Assembly (NCBI GenBank): GCA_051942205.1
Contig: JAVECO010000079.1
Location: 1 to 64,000, forward strand
Direction: 5' to 3'
Origin: Coniocarpon cinnabarinum
Lineage: Eukaryota
DNA: 64,000 nt
Positions 58,552-64,000 of the stretch are shown one piece after another; the stretch's first letter is position 1, and each line of letters starts with the position of its first letter. A model generated the notes under the pieces. It was not told the DNA's origin, did not search any database, and saw nothing but the letters and a program-made list of their open reading frames with translations. A program made the position numbers and the translations under genes.

Positions 58552-60329
58552 ATGCTCCGGTCTCTCTTTGCGTCAACGTCATGTGGTCAACGCACATCCC
58601 CAATACCCACCATTTTCATACTGCTCAGTCTCATTTTCTCCCTCGTCGCCGCGCAAATCGACAACATCACCTCACCAGTCTCCTTTTTCCATTCGGTAAG
58701 CTGATTTCTGATGCTCTCGGTGAGGCAGCGAAGACGCGGGGCTAACTATGACAGCGACCTGATCTCGAAGCGCATGCTCTCAACGTCACTCTCAACAACG
58801 CGAGCTTTGTCGAGCCCAGCTACGTCTTTTTTGCTCCCTATCAAGGCCGCCAGTCCGGACCATATATATTCGATAAGCGAGGTGTCCGTCAGCTGTCATA
58901 GCCGCGCGCGCAGGTATCGCTAACGTCACCAGAATCTTGTTTGGACAGGCTATGGTCAGGTTGGGCCATTCAATGCGCACGATGTACGACCATGCGTCTA
59001 CCAAGGGACCACCCACCTTTGTCTGTTTCAAGGCAATCAACAACGTGGATGGGCACGCGGCACAGCGATGATATTAAATACGGACTACCAAGTCGTGCGA
59101 ACCATCCACCCGGGGGGATCAGCTCCATCGCTTGACCAGCATGAGTTTAAACTTGTTGGCGAGGGGGAGACCGCTCTACTCACGACATACGACATGGAAG
59201 CCTATGATTTGAGTCTGGTGGGTGTCACAGCAAATCAAGGATGGGTTCTTGACAGCAAGTTCCAAGAGGTCCACACCGAAAACGGCTCAACAATCTTCGA
59301 GTGGAGCGCACTCGCTAATATGGATCCCTTTACCTCGTATGTGATGCCAAAAGGCTCTGACATTGCCGGAGACGGTCTGGGACCAATGACGCCCTGGGAT
59401 TTCTTGTGAGTCCGAGACCCGCAGGCTTTACCGATGAAGAGCATGGCTGACTGGAACGTAGCCACATGAACTCGATTGACAAAAGTAATCTAACAGGCAA
59501 CTACATAATCTCAGCACGACACTTTGGTACTATTTTCAATATCAACGGCACAGACGGTTCAATCATCTGGAGGTTGCAAGCTGGTGGAAACTCGGACTTC
59601 GACTGTACTGATTTCAACTTTTCTTTCCAACATGACGCGCAGATCCGGGCGGAGAACGAGACGTCCATGACCTTGTCGCTCTTTGATAACGCCTCTAATG
59701 GATTCAACCAAACCTCCGGTTATTCGAGCGGAAAGCTTATACACGTTGACTATGTCACCAGAATGGCAAGCCTAGCCGCCCCGTCGACTTATTACCCACT
59801 CAACGAGAACGTGTTGCTTTCGGTCTCGCAAGGCAATACCCAATACCTCGACAATGGTAACATCTTTCATGGCTTCGGCAGCTGGCCGTTCATGTCCGAA
59901 CACACACCCGACGGCAACGCAGTCTGGGCAGCCAATTTTGGGCCCGTCCAAAACGTAATCATGAACTACAGGGCGAAGTCTGGATACTGGAAATCGATAC
60001 CGTCCAACACCTCTCCCTCCGTCTGGACATACTCACAGGACAATGATGCACTGCTCGTTGTCTATGTATCATGGAATGGCTGCACGGAGACAGGGTCTTG
60101 GAACTTCTACGGTTCCAACGACGTTGACGGGGAATTTACAAAATTTGGCAGCTCGCCAAAGTTTGGGTTTGAGACAATGTACGAGTCTGAGACTCACTTC
60201 ACCTACACGATTGCCGAGGCGGTCGGTGTTGATGGGGTCGCACTGCGTAACTCGTCTGTCCAGCAGACATTTGTACCCTCAGCTCAGCTTGCAGCTAGCT
60301 GCTCCGAGCAGTCGTGTCCGGGTATTTAG
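58552..60329 (+). CDS. Secreted arylsulfotransferase (ASST)-domain protein, multi-exon
   Basis: A hydrophobic signal is followed by FHS|RPDL, GPYIFDKRG, LDQHEF, FEWSAL, WDFF-HMNSIDK, FSFQHDA, SQGNTQYLDNGN and VYVSWNGCTE. Confidence 0.88.
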
Positions 60330-61091
60330 CTCTCGAGAGGTTTAGAAAAGCTGTATAATTATTATTGCATAGCGAGGCGTTGGGAACGGGTGTGAGAGAG
60401 AGTCTAGAGAAGGCAACAGTCCCGCACCGGGGCTCTGAGAATACGCAAGTAATTACATACAGCGCAAGCATCTTGCAGGGCTTGCATGCATACAATCTTG
60501 ATGAGATGCCCTGGGCTCCGACGAGACATCTTGACGAGAGTCATGTCCTGCATGTGATGCCTGCGATGCCAAATCCGCTAGCCTTGAGACGCAGCAGGAC
60601 AGCCGTTTTATCCGCGATGGCCAATCATGCAATGTGCGCACCGGTGGTCGTAACTTTGTTCTTCTCTTGGCTAGAGTTTGACTTTTATGTGTTACAAGCA
60701 AGTCGAGAACAGTGCCAGTACGTATGCCAAGAACAGCTTATCACCAAGTCTAGATGGGTTTTCTTTTGCTCTTCTGCCTTCCAAGCAACACGATCTCGTC
60801 CAGCTTCTCCGGTGCTCTTTGACCATCAGCTACTGTCCGTTCCTGACTAAGCCTCACTAGACTGTGCCACCTCATCCAAACTGGCGTTTGGGTCCGGACG
60901 CCGGATCGGGACCTGTCAGAATGGTTCAATAACATTCAAAGAGCGCTGCATCAACTTGGCAGCAAAGGACCTTGACTGTCTGCTGCCTCTGCGCTTACCG
61001 CCGTGCGACTGACAAACGTGTTGCGTGCAAATCAGGGCACACATTATAACCAATCGAACCTAACTCTATTCAACGAAATATCAAGGCCAAA

Positions 61092-62968
61092 ATGCACGTC
61101 AAGCGGGAGACGCCTGAACATACACTCGAGTTCAAAGTCAGCAACTTCAACATCCTAGTTGCTTTCCTCGGAGGTTTTCTGTCGCTCTTTGGCCTTGTGT
61201 CGTACCTTCTTAAGGAGAAGTTCTATCTGTCGGAAGCTCGTCAGTCAGCGGATCCAACGTGATGGAATGCTTCTTCTCCTAGCTGACGTTCCTTCCAGTG
61301 ATCTCCACATCCGTTGGAGTAGCTTTCAGCCCTCACGCTGCCAATCTCATTCGGCCTCTTGAATATGCCCGAGGCAATGAGATCGACCTCGAGTCGATCA
61401 CGCTTTACTTCACTAGGCTCGTCCTGGGCGTGCAATTGGTCCTCGCTGGAATCCAATTGCCGAGCCGTTATCTCAAGACGGAATGGAAGAGCTTGTCACT
61501 GCTTCTAGGGCCGGGAATGTGTGCCATGTGGATGTGTACTTCCCTGCTTGTTTGGGCCATGGTGCCCAACTTTTCGTTCCTCCACGCACTCGCGGTGGGA
61601 TCTTGCGTCACGCCGACGGATCCAGTGTTGTCTAACAGTATCGTCAAAGGCAAGTTCGCAGACAAGAACATTCCTAAAGAGCTTCAAAAGATCATTATTG
61701 CTGAATCAGGAGCCAACGACGGTCTGGGCTATCCCTTCCTATTTTTCGCCTTGTACCTGACGCGTTTCTATGGAGACTCGGGCCTTGGGCAGACAGGTGG
61801 GGCTGCGAGAGCCATGGGCTATTGGTTTGGGATTACGTGGGGCTATGAGATTCTCATGAGCGTGCTATGGGGAGCTTTGGTCGGATATCTGTTTCAGAAG
61901 CTCCTGCACTGGGCTGAGGACAGAAAATATGTCGATCGCGAGAGCTTCTTGATCTTCGCCATCAGCATTGCCCTCTTCATTGTGGGGACGGTTGGAATGG
62001 TGGGTAGTGATGATGTGCTGGCATGCTTCATTGCAGGGAACGTGTTCACGTGGGAGTGAGTCAACCGGTCGAGTGCAGCGCAGAGATGATTGAACTAACG
62101 ATTTAGTGACTGGTTTCGTGTCGAGACCGAGAACGATTCCTTTCAGCCTACCATCGATCTGATGCTTAACGTTTCTATCTTTGCCTGGTATGGCGCGGTC
62201 TTGCCGTGGCCCGAGTTTAGAACCAACAGCGTTATACCAATCTACCGTTTGATCCCACTGGGAATAATGGTTCTGCTGTTCCGACGCTTGCCGATCGTTC
62301 TACTTCTGCACAAAAAGATCCATCAGATCGAGGAAATCCGACAAGCAATATTTGTGGGCTTCTTTGGTCCGATTGGCGTGAGTGCCATCTTCTACTTGTA
62401 CACAAGCAGGGAATACCTGCGAGAGATCGAGGTAAATGGCGAAGTACGGGAGGACGCAGCGCAGATGCTCGAGGTGATGAACGTGGTGGTGTGGTTCATG
62501 GCCGTGTGCTCAATCGTGGTACACGGTCTGACCATTCCCTTGGGCAAGCTCGGGTTCTATCTCCCGCGAACTGTCTCACGAGCACTGAGCAGCGAGCAGC
62601 CTTCCGACGACGACGACCCGGCTCCTTTCCACGTGCGGGAACACATTGTCTCAGAAGAGCACGAACTGGAGTCTGGGCTGCGGAAGGCTCGGAATCGAAG
62701 CCGCGGTCGCAGTCGGGACCGCAAGGTGTCGGCGCCTATGATGCCACTCAAAATCGGAGGCAAGATCATGAAGGACATGAAAGAGACATCACGCGATCGC
62801 CGACAAGGCAAAGAGGATAGTGACGGAGGGCTGGAGACGAAGTCAGCAGAACCGAGTTCGAGTAGCGATGCTGAGCAGACAGCAAGCCCGTCGAACAATG
62901 AGAAGCCATACGACACGCCGGCTGCCCGACGGGTCATCAAGTTCCCCGATCAGGATGGGACTCAATAG
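61092..62968 (+). CDS. Fungal Na+(K+)/H+ antiporter (Nha1/Sod2-type, CPA1)
   Basis: Motifs: FGLVSYLLKEKFYLSEA, CVTPTDPVLSNSIVKG, AESGANDGLGYPF, GSDDVLACF, LFRRLP, GFFGPIGV and SIVVHG. Confidence 0.92.
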
Positions 62969-64000
62969 CAGGGTCACGCCACGGTAGCAATGGTATGCTC
63001 GTGTCAGTCACGCGGCGTGTGCCCCTCCTTCCCCTCAGAGACAATGTTGTCAGACACTGAGTCTGCTGTGCCGTGTCTCAGCATTATAGCCGGCGCCTGG
63101 CCATGCAGGTGAGACGTCAGGTACAGCGGAGCACGTGATGCAATCGCGATTCTCCCCCTTCCTTTTGGCGGGGTGCATGGGTCCTAGCGTGCCAAATGAT
63201 GAGGCCCGAGAGGACTGCCGTTCGCTCGAGACGAATGTCAAGGCCGAGTGGCCTTCTCACGGGTTGCCCGTATTCGCGGATAAATTGAAGTGACGATATG
63301 AGTGACTACCTACCTGCGCAGTCAAGTCCACCAGCAATTTAAGTTCCGGAGCCGCCCTGGCCAATGAGGGGCACGCAGGGAGGGGCCATTAAGAAGACCT
63401 AGGGCATAACCACCTACTGCCGTCGGTTGGCGGGGCCAAGTTCTGGAAAAACGGGAGAAATCTCCTGTTTGGGGGTCGGCGGGGAAAAGGCACGATGGGC
63501 GCAATTTGAAGTGGAAAGGCGAGGGTCTCGGCTTGTGGGTGGCAATGCGGCTTTGCGGCTCATGACAGCCTCGTCTCGACACCGCGCACGCACCTCCGAG
63601 GGCCACTCTCCAACTTGGCGTTTCTATCCATATTTCGCAGCGGACGTGACGACAGTATGTATCTGGGCCCAGGAAGGCGCTGAGTCGGTGGAGCCTCCGA
63701 TCCGGCCAGCGCACACGCGGTCTCACGTGCACGGGCAAATCCCAGGCGAAGGCTGGTACATTCGCCGGTCGAGGGATCGCTGGTCCGGGCGCTGTGCCCA
63801 GATCGAGGAGGCTGCCAGCTCCTTTTACTCGGCGGTAACAGGGAACACCCTCGGCTGGTGGGCATGCTGGATGCTGGATGCTGGAGGGGCAGTGGGGTCT
63901 GTGCGGCGACGAGACGGAATGGAAGAGAGAGATGATGTCGTTACGTCGCAGCGAGCCCGTCGTCACAACAGGGCAACGGTCGCAAATAATGGATCGCAGC

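Noticed and set aside
63000..64000. ORFs 63322-63966 and 63560-63865
   Set aside because: They have no domain signal or codon bias and look like promoter or intergenic DNA.

Overview
Gene-dense, intron-containing DNA from a filamentous ascomycete. Introns are mostly 40-80 nt with CTRAC branch points. DMC1 is present, which argues against the Sordariomycete lineages known to lack it. About 22 protein-coding genes can be supported, and most are conserved core genes: two Zn2Cys6 TFs (one is facB), three MFS transporters, a GH7 cellobiohydrolase, DMC1, two CNBP/Gis2-type zinc-knuckle genes, a SET methyltransferase, a HUL4-like HECT ligase, RPL15, a branched-chain aminotransferase, SCY1, Hook, SAE2/Ctp1, an F-box protein, an arylsulfotransferase and a Na+/H+ antiporter. 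The stand-out is an accessory-looking block at ~26.9-32.5 kb between HUL4 and RPL15. It is a head-to-head pair: an MLKL-like gene (HeLo-like helical N-terminus plus a catalytically dead pseudokinase) and an apparently active non-RD kinase carrying SEL1-like and ankyrin repeats. Degenerate DNA-transposon ends follow it. This is a candidate two-gene, necroptosis-like (RIPK/MLKL-type) cell-death or non-self-recognition module. Manual splicing also revealed a three-exon NIS1-family secreted effector missed by the ORF track, two tandem GC-AG introns at the start of DMC1, and a 921-nt Hook intron that reads through as an alternative C-terminus. All homology calls come from motif recognition by eye; no searches were run.
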